A stretch of 64,000 bases of DNA, from the NCBI GenBank assembly GCA_050015395.1, contig JBEKBM010000010.1, forward strand, positions 1 through 64,000, given 5' to 3'. Under the pieces are notes generated by a model that worked only from the letters and a program-made list of their open reading frames with translations, was not told where the DNA came from and did no database searches. This document shows, piece by piece, positions 19,737 to 29,692 of the stretch; the first letter of the stretch is position 1; the number at the start of each line of letters is the position of its first letter. The stretch comes from Candidatus Bathyarchaeia archaeon (GTDB lineage: Archaea > Thermoproteota > Bathyarchaeia > Bathyarchaeales > Bathycorpusculaceae). A program made the position numbers and the translations under genes.

Positions 19737-21323
19737 TCATTGCCCATCCTGTTCAAAATCTTTTATTCTTTTGTTTAGTCTTCTAACTCGGCTCAAGACT
19801 TCTTGTTCATCTTCACCTTCAACATCTATCGAGTTTAAGTCAGGTTTTGACGCGATTTTTTTTCTGTGGTTCTCTTCTTTCGCATTTTCATTTGATAAAT
19901 TAATGATTTTCGAACTATATTTCGGGTTATTAAGCAAACGAGTAAGATGCATTTCCTCAATAGCCTTTCTTAAAGCGACAAAAATACGTTCTGGAAAATG
20001 GCCTGTTTTCCTAAGAAAAGTTGATTCTTTGGCATCAGCAATCATGTTGTCTTTAACATTTGGCAATTTGTCTACCAATTTGAGGACTGCAACAAGAGAA
20101 TCATGTTTATCCAATGAATTATCTAATCCAGCTTCTAAGAGCTCAATAAAGATTGATGGATGCATATAAAACAAATTTCCTTCATCAATCGCCAAAATAG
20201 GCCGCAGACATTCGATCGCCAAAGCAATCTGGTCGGCAAAACCATCGGTAATGGTAGAATCTATATATGCTTTCCTTTGCAGTAATTCCACAATTTGCAT
20301 TGTCTCTTTTTTGATCTCTTCAACTGTTCCCATTAACGCCAATGATGGACCTTCGTTGAATCTTTCGTTCACTACGATTCCAATTATGGACATAAGCAAT
20401 TCACAACTCGAAACTTCGTACAATTTAACCGCCGTAAGTGTTGGAAACCAGGTTGAGCGTCTAATAAAATCGCTTACAATGCCATTAATTAAGACGTGTC
20501 CATAACTTTGTTCGTATTCTAATGATTTCGCTATGTCCTGAGTCAGAACAACATCATCGAAGTGCTGTAGTTCATAGCCCGAACTATTCTTTGTTAGTCC
20601 ATGCATCGACAAAACTTTTACACTTATGTCATTTTCTTGCCCGAGCTTCATAGACTTGAAGTAGGATTCCTCTGGAATGTAGATAGTTTTTGCTGCCTTG
20701 AGTACTGTATGAACTGATTCACTATCGTTTAGAACGATTGTCGAATTGGAGAATCCGTTCTCGGGAAATGACCAAAAACCAAAAGTGAAATAATCGTCAA
20801 ACAAGGTTCTATATTTTCCCGAGTATTCTCGGAATTCAGAATTCTGTCTGAGGACGAAATTTGCACTGGACAATTCTGGGAAATTGGTTGTTTTAGGACA
20901 AAGCTTCCAGTAGACTTGTTCGTCCATGGGAATAGGTTCAGCTGTGTTGGAAAATAGTTTTTGGGCAAGATCGCCCCACACTCTTAGAAGAGTAAACTTG
21001 TTCAAATTAGTTAAATAAACAGGTATTAGCCCGAGTTTTGCACAAAACCTCGTTTCTTCTCCGCCAATGACGTAATTTTCAGCTCCACGAAACCTAGAAA
21101 TGGGGTGAGAGAGAATAAAATAGCACGGATTTTTCAGTTGTATTCTGAAAGCTATTATTCGATCGCTCTTATGTGACTTTATCCATCTAAGATTTATCGG
21201 GTTTGGTATTAGAGTGCAACCCTGGCTGTCTGAGGCTTTGCACATGCAGTCATGGGCAAGTTCAGAATTGAATACACCTAACAAATAAAGTAATCGATGT
21301 TCTTCGTCATTGGATGAATTCAT
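19737..21323 (-). CDS. Hypothetical protein (528 aa), co-oriented upstream of the DISARM cluster
   Basis: Long uninterrupted ORF with no motif I recognise. Confidence 0.8.
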   Translation of the reverse strand: MNSSNDEEHRLLYLLGVFNSELAHDCMCKASDSQGCTLIPNPINLRWIKSHKSDRIIAFRIQLKNPCYFILSHPISRFRGAENYVIGGEETRFCAKLGLIPVYLTNLNKFTLLRVWGDLAQKLFSNTAEPIPMDEQVYWKLCPKTTNFPELSSANFVLRQNSEFREYSGKYRTLFDDYFTFGFWSFPENGFSNSTIVLNDSESVHTVLKAAKTIYIPEESYFKSMKLGQENDISVKVLSMHGLTKNSSGYELQHFDDVVLTQDIAKSLEYEQSYGHVLINGIVSDFIRRSTWFPTLTAVKLYEVSSCELLMSIIGIVVNERFNEGPSLALMGTVEEIKKETMQIVELLQRKAYIDSTITDGFADQIALAIECLRPILAIDEGNLFYMHPSIFIELLEAGLDNSLDKHDSLVAVLKLVDKLPNVKDNMIADAKESTFLRKTGHFPERIFVALRKAIEEMHLTRLLNNPKYSSKIINLSNENAKEENHRKKIASKPDLNSIDVEGEDEQEVLSRVRRLNKRIKDFEQDGQ

Positions 21324-21726
21324 TGCGATCTCTCGCTGTGCATATTAATATACCGTGAATACGTTATTAGATTTGCGAATCTTCTATCATTATCTATAAC
21401 CTTTTTTTTCGTAATGGTCGAACTCGCTGGTTACTTGATCAAGTAGGCTTAGAAAAGATCTAGAGATCTTAAGATTCTAGCAGATGGAGTTGAGACCACT
21501 TTCGGCTTTTGCGCTTGTCACCATTCGGGGAGTTGTCATTGGTTCAGACGCTTACATCTCCCTTAACCTCACTTATATGAGAACCTTTCGGAAAGCTCAA
21601 ATCCAAGATGGAATCTCGATGAGGGAGTTACAAATTTTCATTCAAATAAACGAAATTACACCAAATTATAAAAAGCATAATTGATAATAAAATATCTCTA
21701 AAGTCTACAATGTGGGGCTACAGTCC

Positions 21727-22047
21727 ATGCAGTTGTATCAAGCGAAGGGTTACTATCTGGAAGAAATCATACGAGAACTGATGAGAAAATCCGACTTCAT
21801 TAATATCCGGACGGGCACAATTGAAGGTAGAGGAGCAAGCCACCAGATAGATTCGTTCGGTCAATTCAAGTTCAATCTTCCTTTTATTTATCCAGTTCGT
21901 TTGATTAGCGAGGTAAAATGGTTTAGTGCAGATTATCTGGTCCAATTGGAGCATTTAAGAAGTTTCTTGGGCGTTATTATTGACATTTCTCAAAACTACT
22001 TTTCTCCGAGGAATGCCCAAACATCACAAAATCAAATTTCAATTTAG
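21727..22047 (+). pseudogene. Truncated PD-(D/E)xK (Mrr-like) restriction endonuclease
   Basis: GYYLEE...GRGASHQID...LISEVKW; stops after about 106 aa, just before the IS. Confidence 0.62.
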
Positions 22048-22082
22048 ACAAAAGGGCGTTCACATCGAACTAAATCGGCTTC

Positions 22083-23220
22083 TATTCACCTTTGGATTAG
22101 AAATTTAGTAGTGGTGGAAGAGGAATCTTTGCGTGCCGAATGGCAGACGCTACGCGTGTTTTTTCTGATTTGAGTTTTCGCATCTCCTTGGTTATAACTC
22201 GCCGCATTTCTCTCTTGTTTATAGGACACCAATTAGCCAGATCGTCATGCTTGGCGAGATTCCACACTTGCTCATCTGGATTGAGTTCAGGAGCATAAGT
22301 CGGGAACCTTCTTGGAATGACCTTCTCAGCGTTCTTCTGGAGGAAACGTTTTACCCGTTTGCTCCGGTGAATGACCAGGCCATCCCACAAGACCAGAATC
22401 TTTCTGCTAGCCATTTCCTTGATAAGCTTCCTCAAAAACCCAACAGTGTCCTTGTCAGTCAGGTTATGACCGTGTACGCTAAAGAACAATTCTCCGTTCC
22501 AAGTGACAGCCGAAATAATGGAAAGCTTGTCCCTGCAACCCTGCTTCACCCTTATTTCAGGTCTTTTGCCGCGGGGAGCCCACGTCTTGCGCACGTTCGG
22601 TTGGCTCTGTACGCAACTCTCGTCGTAAAAGAATATTACAGCGTCCTCCTTCTGGGCAGTTTCGACAATTTGAGGCCAATATACGGTTATCCATTCTCGG
22701 ATAGCATTTTCGTTCCTTTCTATGGCCTTGAGAAGGGGGATTTGGGCGGAAAAGCCCAGACTCCTCAGCACTCTCCAAACATGAGTAGTGTTGTATTTAA
22801 CGCCGAACTCTTTCTCGATGACATCCCCAACACGCTTCAGAGTCCACAGTTCGGTTGGGTAGCCATAGTGCAACGCGCCTTTCTTTAGTATCCGTTTGAG
22901 TGCTGCGAGTTGTTTACTGCTGAGCTTTTTTGGTCTGCCTACTCTTTGCCTGTCACGCTTTCGAGTTTGCTTTGCCTCAAGCTGCTTGGACCACCTGTTC
23001 GCCGTGACCCAGGACACGTCCAGCGCTAAGGCCACTGCTGCCTTGGATAACCCTCGTTGGAGCAGTTGGTAGCCTGTGTTCCTTTTCTGTTCCCTTGGAG
23101 TCAGTGAGGAGCCGCGCTTTCCGCTTCTTGTTTTTCCTGCTGTACTTCTTTTGGCTGGCATGGACCCTTATTCAGCGGAACTAGTATATAAAATTAACAT
23201 TACTTATCCAAAGAGCTATA
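22083..23220 (-). mobile_element. IS630-family insertion sequence
   Basis: TA at both ends; imperfect terminal inverted repeats TATTCACCTTTGGATTAG / TATAGCTCTTTGGATAAG (13 of 18 match). Confidence 0.82.
22097..23161 (-). CDS. IS630 transposase
   Basis: N-terminal HTH and WTLKRV; DDE triad FFYDES, LWDGL, PELNPDEQVW. Confidence 0.93.
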   Translation of the reverse strand: MPAKRSTAGKTRSGKRGSSLTPREQKRNTGYQLLQRGLSKAAVALALDVSWVTANRWSKQLEAKQTRKRDRQRVGRPKKLSSKQLAALKRILKKGALHYGYPTELWTLKRVGDVIEKEFGVKYNTTHVWRVLRSLGFSAQIPLLKAIERNENAIREWITVYWPQIVETAQKEDAVIFFYDESCVQSQPNVRKTWAPRGKRPEIRVKQGCRDKLSIISAVTWNGELFFSVHGHNLTDKDTVGFLRKLIKEMASRKILVLWDGLVIHRSKRVKRFLQKNAEKVIPRRFPTYAPELNPDEQVWNLAKHDDLANWCPINKREMRRVITKEMRKLKSEKTRVASAIRHAKIPLPPLLNF

Positions 23221-23416
23221 ACTACGTGCAATTGAGCAACCGCCAAAAAATAATCTGTGTTAATCGAGATTTGGAGCGAGCTTGATTCTTTTTTAGTGCG
23301 TCATTGACGCATAGAATGGCTTCCCAAAAGTCTTTAATTTATCGCCTTTTCAGGACAAGTTAAACACACAACGCTTTTCTAAGCTGAGCATCCATAACTG
23401 TTATTAGGCAAGATAT

Positions 23417-23947
23417 TTGGAAAAAAGACGTACAAACCCTTCTTTTCTTTCAAACGATGAAGCAGCCAGAGACACAAAAAGAACGGAAGACTTTGTTAGA
23501 AGTATCGCCGGAAATCCCACTATCAATGGTAACGTTGATGGGAAAAAGCAGGTGCCAAAAGAACAGACGCCGACCTACTTCACAGAAAATCCTATCGTAA
23601 GAGTGGGTGAAACAGAGGGTTTTGCGCTCGATTTTGATAGCCAAAACAAGATGATTACCATCTACGGAAAAGAAATTCCTGTTGGTTGCCCTTTCAAAAT
23701 AAAGGTTAGATTAAGTGAAACCTGGAATCTGATTTGTTTGCTAGAGAAAGCAAAAACTGTACTGGATAGCAAAGAGGTCACTAGATTGGGTGAAGGAAAG
23801 AGCTTTGCCGTTGATTATGATGGCATCCAAAGACTCGTTATGGTTTATAAAAAAGAAACCTCAGAATCTCAGTTTAAGCTGGCCTTGCCTCAAAACGAGG
23901 TAACAGCTATAATTAACCTATTAATGGAAGCAAGAACCATGCTTTAG
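23417..23947 (+). CDS. Hypothetical protein with two tandem ~58-aa repeats
   Basis: VRVGETEGFALDFD...NLICLLEKAKTVL aligns with TRLGEGKSFAVDYD...AIINLLMEARTML. Confidence 0.75.
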   Translation: MEKRRTNPSFLSNDEAARDTKRTEDFVRSIAGNPTINGNVDGKKQVPKEQTPTYFTENPIVRVGETEGFALDFDSQNKMITIYGKEIPVGCPFKIKVRLSETWNLICLLEKAKTVLDSKEVTRLGEGKSFAVDYDGIQRLVMVYKKETSESQFKLALPQNEVTAIINLLMEARTML

Positions 23948-24432
23948 AGGAAATAGTAACTCTTCGGAAGCTGAAATGGATGCTTTAAAACAGAAAGTAG
24001 CTTACTTTGAGGTTGAAGATGCTAAAACAAGCAACAATATTACGCCCCTTCTAACCATTGCATAAAGCACGTAATCGGTTGCTAAAAATTCTTTTAGCCA
24101 CCTGCACAGAAACGTCAAATCCACGTATAATTAGCGTAAGTAAGCGTATATTTCCCGCTTAGTTCCTTCACAATTTCATATGGCTCTAACCGTTTTCCAT
24201 CGTGCATAAGCGCTTCAAAGTGTTTTTCAAGCCTCTTCTCACGCGCAATTTAGAGCTTTTTGAAGAATTCGCTTCACATCAAATCTAAATGCTCGATTCC
24301 TTTAGCCAACCCCCTTAACTTTACCCACCGCCTAAGAAGTTGATGAACAATGCCTTTTAGAAAACGTAAATAATGACTAATGACTGAATAATCGAATAAT
24401 TTTCTTAAAAAAAGAAGGGTTAGAGCATGCAG

Positions 24433-24516
24433 CTATTCTTCATCTTCGCAATCATCGCAATCGCAGTCTTCTTCGCAATCCTCTTCTTCTTCGAAACCGA
24501 AAATTATTTTTTCCAT
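24433..24516 (-). CDS. 27-aa acidic Cys-rich micropeptide
   Basis: MEKIIFGFEEEEDCEEDCDCDDCEDEE; TATA TTTATATG at 24558-24551, AGGT before the ATG, T7 tract after the stop. Confidence 0.62.
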   Translation of the reverse strand: MEKIIFGFEEEEDCEEDCDCDDCEDEE

Positions 24517-24690
24517 TTGTCAAACCTAACAAAGTTTATGCTAAAAATAACATATAAACCCCACAGTTGCAGTCAGCATAAGTCCCAAAATGCATTGCAA
24601 CAATCAATATTACGTTCAGAACATCACACTTACACCTAACACTATAACTTAGAAGCTTTTTGCCCTTATGACAGAGGGCTTTTTATAATA

Positions 24691-26001
24691 TTGCACAAAG
24701 TTAAGTTAGACCTTAAGTTGATTAATTACATCTGCCGAAAATGTGGGAAAGATTATTCAAAGCAAGAGTATGAGCAGAGCAAGTTTTGCAAATCATGCGG
24801 TTCTTTTCTGCTGCGAAGTTTTAAAGATGAACGCTCAGCTTCAATGTCATCTCAAAAAAGCTTTAGCAACAAATCTTTATCTTCCCAACAAGCCGAAGCT
24901 GAATCAGATAATTCTCTCAACGAAAAACTCGCTCTAACTAGGGCAGCTGAGAGTCTAAGACAGAGGATAGCTCTTTCAAAAGAGTATGAGGTAGTTTCTG
25001 AAACAGAAAAGGAAAAGGAGCAGCCAAAAAGACCTGCAGTTGAGAATTGGATATGGAGCTCCGAGTATAACGAGGGGCTAAAACTTCAAAGCGAACTCAT
25101 AAAACAATACCAAGGCAAAAACCTTGAAGATGCAATACCTGGAAAGGCCATTTCAAACCAACAAGGAGAATGCTACGCCATCTCGACCTCTTGCACTTCT
25201 AACTTCAAAAAAGCAACTTACGAAGAAAGCAGACGCCTAATCATCTCTGACCTAAAAAGTCTTCCCGGAATAGGACCAGCACGCGAACAAACCCTAAAAC
25301 AGCAAGGTTACAAAACAATAGAAGAACTTGAAAATCATCCTCTTTGGAAAAAGCCAGCCCGCGACTTCATGAAAATAATAAATAAAAAAGAAATCCCTTT
25401 GATTCAAAAATGGCTGTGGCAACGCTTTCCAAAATCTCACCCGCTACTTCATTATTTAGCGGGATTCTGCCAAGATCAAGACTTTGCAATAATAGACATC
25501 GAAACATTGGGGCTTTCAGAAAGACCCATAATCCTATTAGGCATAGCAAAACCAACCAAAGATGCTGTGTGTACAAATCAATTTTTGCTCAGAGACATCC
25601 AAGATGAACCCAGCGCCATCTGGGCTCTTGTTTCACAACTTGAACCCAAGCTATCACTCATAACCTATAATGGCAGAAGCTTTGATGTTCCATACATTAA
25701 GCAAAGATTAGCTTACTATGGATTAGACGCCTCGTTAGACAATCCACATTTTGACGTCCTCCATTTCACTAGAAGAGCATTACGCCACAAACTTTCCGAT
25801 TGCAGACTAGAAACCGTTGAAAAATACCTAGGAATCAAAAGAGAAATCAACATTCCAGGCGCACTAGTTCCCCACTTCTATGACACCTACCTAAGAACCA
25901 GAAACGTAGGACCTCTCGTAGCCATAGTTGAGCACAACAAACAAGACCTGCTAACGCTTGGGACGCTGTTTTCCAAGCTGTATGAGGAGTGGAACCTTTG
26001 A
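24691..26001 (+). CDS. YprB/MrfB-like DEDDh exonuclease with N-terminal Zn ribbon and HhH
   Basis: CRKC..CKSC, LPGIGPARE, IDIET, YNGRSFD, HNKQD. Confidence 0.85.
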   Translation: MHKVKLDLKLINYICRKCGKDYSKQEYEQSKFCKSCGSFLLRSFKDERSASMSSQKSFSNKSLSSQQAEAESDNSLNEKLALTRAAESLRQRIALSKEYEVVSETEKEKEQPKRPAVENWIWSSEYNEGLKLQSELIKQYQGKNLEDAIPGKAISNQQGECYAISTSCTSNFKKATYEESRRLIISDLKSLPGIGPAREQTLKQQGYKTIEELENHPLWKKPARDFMKIINKKEIPLIQKWLWQRFPKSHPLLHYLAGFCQDQDFAIIDIETLGLSERPIILLGIAKPTKDAVCTNQFLLRDIQDEPSAIWALVSQLEPKLSLITYNGRSFDVPYIKQRLAYYGLDASLDNPHFDVLHFTRRALRHKLSDCRLETVEKYLGIKREINIPGALVPHFYDTYLRTRNVGPLVAIVEHNKQDLLTLGTLFSKLYEEWNL

Positions 26002-28274
26002 TAGACGACTTTATCCAAAGCATAAAGCGAATGCAATCCTACAAAAAGCAGATTGTGCACATACAAGAAATTCCTCCTAAAGAAGCCTGCTTCGGCGAGC
26101 TGGAAAAACCCTTACCTGAAAATATCCAAAATTGCTTATTGACCAGAGACATCCATCTTTATTCACACCAGGCTGAAGCGATAAACAAAGTCAGAGCGGG
26201 CAAGAACGTCGTAATAGTTACGCCGACCGCTTCAGGAAAAACCTTAGCGTTCAATATTCCAGTTCTCGAAGCTCTCACAAAAGACCCCAAAGCAACTGCA
26301 CTATACCTTTACCCGACTAAAGCGCTAACAAATGATCAGCTAAAGGTTCTAAGAGAACTGGAAAAAGAAACAGGAATCCAAGCTTACCCTAACGTTTACG
26401 ATGGTGATACACCTCAACATCAAAGGGCAAGCATACGAGAAAACTCTAAAATCATCTTAAGCAACCCCTATGGACTCCACCAATACCTTCCATGGCACTA
26501 TAAATGGCGAAGCTTTCTACAAAACCTCAAATTCCTAATAATCGATGAAGCCCACGTTTACCGAGGAGTATTCGGCTCCAACGTAGCCATGCTCCTAAGA
26601 CGACTACTAAGAATATGCAATTACTACAATGCAGACCCCCAATTCATTCTCTCATCAGCCACAATCGCAAACCCAGAAGAGCACGCTAAGAAACTAACGG
26701 GAAAAGACTTCGAAATAATCTCAAATGATGGCGCTCCAAGAGGAAAAAAATCATTCATGTTCTGGAACCCTCCATTCATCGACAACACCAATACAACTCG
26801 CCGATCAACCCATCAAGAAACCAAAGACCTCCTAACACTCAACATTTCAAATAATCTGCAAACCCTCTGTTTTACAACATCCAGACAAATGGCTGAGCTC
26901 ATCACAAGATGGACCAAAGAAGAACTCAAAAAAAGATCACCGAAACTAGCCAATTCGGTTACCGCGTATAGAGCCGGCTATTTACCTCAAGAACGTCGTG
27001 AAATAGAAAACCGACTGAAAACCAAAAGCTTAATCGGAGTAGTTTCAACCAACGCGCTGGAACTTGGAATCGATATAGGTTCTCTTGATTCCGTGATAAT
27101 TTCGGGTTACCAAGGAACCGTCATATCCACATGGCAGCAAGCGGGACGTGCAGGCAGAAGCAACTCAGATTCACTTGTAACCCTAGTTGCTTTTCAAAAC
27201 CCACTCGACCAGTATTTCATGAAGCATCCAAAAGACTTCTTTGGAAGGCCACATGAACAAGCCATAATCGACCTGCATAACCGCTACATATCTTTGGGAC
27301 ACATAATGTGTGCAGCAAGCGAACTGCCCCTAACAGAAGCCGACCAAAAATATTTCCCAGAACTATTCTCAGACAGCATCCATGCACTTGAACAACAAAA
27401 CCTAGTTCGCAAAACACCCAGAGGATACGTGTATTCGGGAACAGCAAGACCCGTCGAAGTTGTAAGTTTGGAAAGCATTTCCGACAAAACCGTCACCGTT
27501 ACCTGCAACGGAAACATACTCGAAACTCTAACCTTAAACAAAGCCTATGAAGAAGTTCACGCAGGCGCAATCTTGCTACACCAAGGCGAAACATACATCT
27601 CTGAAGAATTAGACCTCAACCAATTAACTGCCAAAGTCAGACAAGAAAACGTCAACTACTACACAGAAGCACTAAAAACCGTCGACGTCGCGATAAAGAA
27701 AACCCTTGAAGAAAAACAAAACGGAGTAACAGTTGGATTAGGCGAATTAGCCATAACAGAATTTTACCACACATACATCACCAAAACGTATGATGAAGTT
27801 GTCGAAAGAAAACCGCTCAATCTACCGCCATTGTCCTTTTCAACCGTTGGAATGTGGTTCATAATTCCAGACGAAATCAAAAAAGAAATCGAAGATCGAC
27901 AGCTCGATTTTGACGGAGGACTGCACGCGGTCGAACATGCAATGATTGCGATGTCTCCAATATTTGCAATGTGTGACAGATGGGACATTGGAGGATTATC
28001 AACACCCCTACACCCAGACACCGGAAACCCAACCATTTTCATTTATGATGGCTTTGAAGGAGGAATCGGAATATCAGAAACCCTCTACTCAAACATAAAA
28101 CCACTATGGGAAAAAACTCTCAAGCTAATCGATAATTGCGAGTGCAAAGACGGCTGCCCCTCATGCATATACTCACCAAAATGCGGAAACGAAAACGAAC
28201 CAATAGACAAAAAAGCAGCAAGCATTATCCTAAACAAACTTTTGAGCAAAGTAAACCAACGACAGATCCAATAG
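25989..28274 (+). CDS. MrfA/YprA/Hrq1-like DEAH helicase with DUF1998
   Basis: TPTASGKT, IDEAH, SSAT, TNALELGIDIG, QQAGRAGR, CDRWD...CECKDGCPSC. Confidence 0.93.
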   Translation: MEPLIDDFIQSIKRMQSYKKQIVHIQEIPPKEACFGELEKPLPENIQNCLLTRDIHLYSHQAEAINKVRAGKNVVIVTPTASGKTLAFNIPVLEALTKDPKATALYLYPTKALTNDQLKVLRELEKETGIQAYPNVYDGDTPQHQRASIRENSKIILSNPYGLHQYLPWHYKWRSFLQNLKFLIIDEAHVYRGVFGSNVAMLLRRLLRICNYYNADPQFILSSATIANPEEHAKKLTGKDFEIISNDGAPRGKKSFMFWNPPFIDNTNTTRRSTHQETKDLLTLNISNNLQTLCFTTSRQMAELITRWTKEELKKRSPKLANSVTAYRAGYLPQERREIENRLKTKSLIGVVSTNALELGIDIGSLDSVIISGYQGTVISTWQQAGRAGRSNSDSLVTLVAFQNPLDQYFMKHPKDFFGRPHEQAIIDLHNRYISLGHIMCAASELPLTEADQKYFPELFSDSIHALEQQNLVRKTPRGYVYSGTARPVEVVSLESISDKTVTVTCNGNILETLTLNKAYEEVHAGAILLHQGETYISEELDLNQLTAKVRQENVNYYTEALKTVDVAIKKTLEEKQNGVTVGLGELAITEFYHTYITKTYDEVVERKPLNLPPLSFSTVGMWFIIPDEIKKEIEDRQLDFDGGLHAVEHAMIAMSPIFAMCDRWDIGGLSTPLHPDTGNPTIFIYDGFEGGIGISETLYSNIKPLWEKTLKLIDNCECKDGCPSCIYSPKCGNENEPIDKKAASIILNKLLSKVNQRQIQ

Positions 28275-28395
28275 AAATTGAACCCTATCATTATTAAAAC
28301 TAGACAAAAAGAACCTGGTCGTTACAGCTCACCAAAGAATAAACCAGACAAAGCATATAATATTTCAAAAAAGTCCAAAAAGACGTCTGAATATC

Positions 28396-28989
28396 ATGAG
28401 CAAAACAAAGGAAGCGCCGAAAAATCTCAAAGCACCCAAGCAACTGACATTGGACAATCTACCGAATGATCCCATAAAAGAATCCGACAACATAACTAAA
28501 CATATTTACGAAAAGCACATAATCATAACCGAAATCGGCGCAATCACAAGAGAGGATGAGTTAGCACTCAAAATCGGGTTCAAGCTGCTTCCCTCAAAAA
28601 CCGCGTTTTCAAAAGTTAAGTCGGATCTAGCGTTTGACAACCAACAAATCAGCTCCGTCATAATCAGAATCCCTCAGAGCCCTTTGGCGGGAGACGATTT
28701 CGAGTTAACGCCCGTGCTGGACATGAAGGGAATAACCGCTGGATCCCACTCTATAAAAGTCGAAATGTATGAGCCATGGTCTAATGGAGAAAAACTTTCC
28801 TTCACCTCCAAAGAGGTTACTGTGGAATATGTTCCCAAGACCAGAGAGTCCAGGCTGATAGAAATTCCAATTGTAAAAAGCTTCGGAGGCGGGGATTTAG
28901 TTGTGGTTTCTGAGTCTGACAAAAACATTTACCGTGAAATTGAAGAAACAATGAAAAAGGAATCAGTCACCAAGCGAGATGAATGGTAA
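28396..28989 (+). CDS. Hypothetical protein
   Basis: 197-aa ORF with a beta-rich pattern and no recognised motif. Confidence 0.7.
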   Translation: MSKTKEAPKNLKAPKQLTLDNLPNDPIKESDNITKHIYEKHIIITEIGAITREDELALKIGFKLLPSKTAFSKVKSDLAFDNQQISSVIIRIPQSPLAGDDFELTPVLDMKGITAGSHSIKVEMYEPWSNGEKLSFTSKEVTVEYVPKTRESRLIEIPIVKSFGGGDLVVVSESDKNIYREIEETMKKESVTKRDEW

Positions 28990-29302
28990 CACCTTTCATA
29001 CTTGGTTTTCTTTTCGCTAAAAAAGTCCTTACAAATTACGGCTTGTTTTGAATATCTACAAGTTTTCATCGTCAAAAAAATTGGTCCTCGGAATCCTGAT
29101 TATCGCCAGAATCGAGGCAGTTATCGTGGAAAATCGCAATCATAACAAAAATAACAAAATAAATCCTTCTCGCCACAACATCCAGCCTAACAATGTTAAT
29201 AGGGCGGAGCATTTTTTTTAAAAAATTAGTTTTCTGAAGAGGGGTAACAAACTTAAATATTTATAATCAATACGTTTGTAAATAAAGGAAGAAGTATAAA
29301 CA

Positions 29303-29692
29303 GTGAGCAGAAAAGAAGAAGAAAAGCGCCTGCTTAAAAGGTCAAGGGATTTTCTGGAAACTGCTGAATATCAGACAAGTAAAGGCTTTTATGACCTTGC
29401 AACTTTTAGCCTTGAGCAAACATTAGAGCTTTTTTTGAAGGCAAAAGTGTTGGCGGAAGGCGTTGACTATCCAAGAACACATAGTGTAAGGGCTCTATTG
29501 GAGATACTTTCAGAATTGGTTGCGGAAAACAGAAAGTCCGTGATAAAACAAGTTTTGGAAAAGTATCTTCTTGAATTAGGCATGCTGGAAGATTCTTACA
29601 TAACATCTAGATACGTAATGAGAGAATTTACCAAGCAAGAAGCAGAGAAGCTAACAAAATCAGTCAAAGAGATAATTGAAAATGTCAAATGA
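29303..29692 (+). CDS. HEPN-domain protein
   Basis: EQTLELFLKA, YPRTHSV, YITSRY; paired with an MNT gene. Confidence 0.88.
   Translation: MSRKEEEKRLLKRSRDFLETAEYQTSKGFYDLATFSLEQTLELFLKAKVLAEGVDYPRTHSVRALLEILSELVAENRKSVIKQVLEKYLLELGMLEDSYITSRYVMREFTKQEAEKLTKSVKEIIENVK

Noticed and set aside
24427-24639. Listed plus-strand 70-aa hydrophobic ORF
   Set aside because: Antisense shadow of the acidic micropeptide, which has the promoter and terminator signals.
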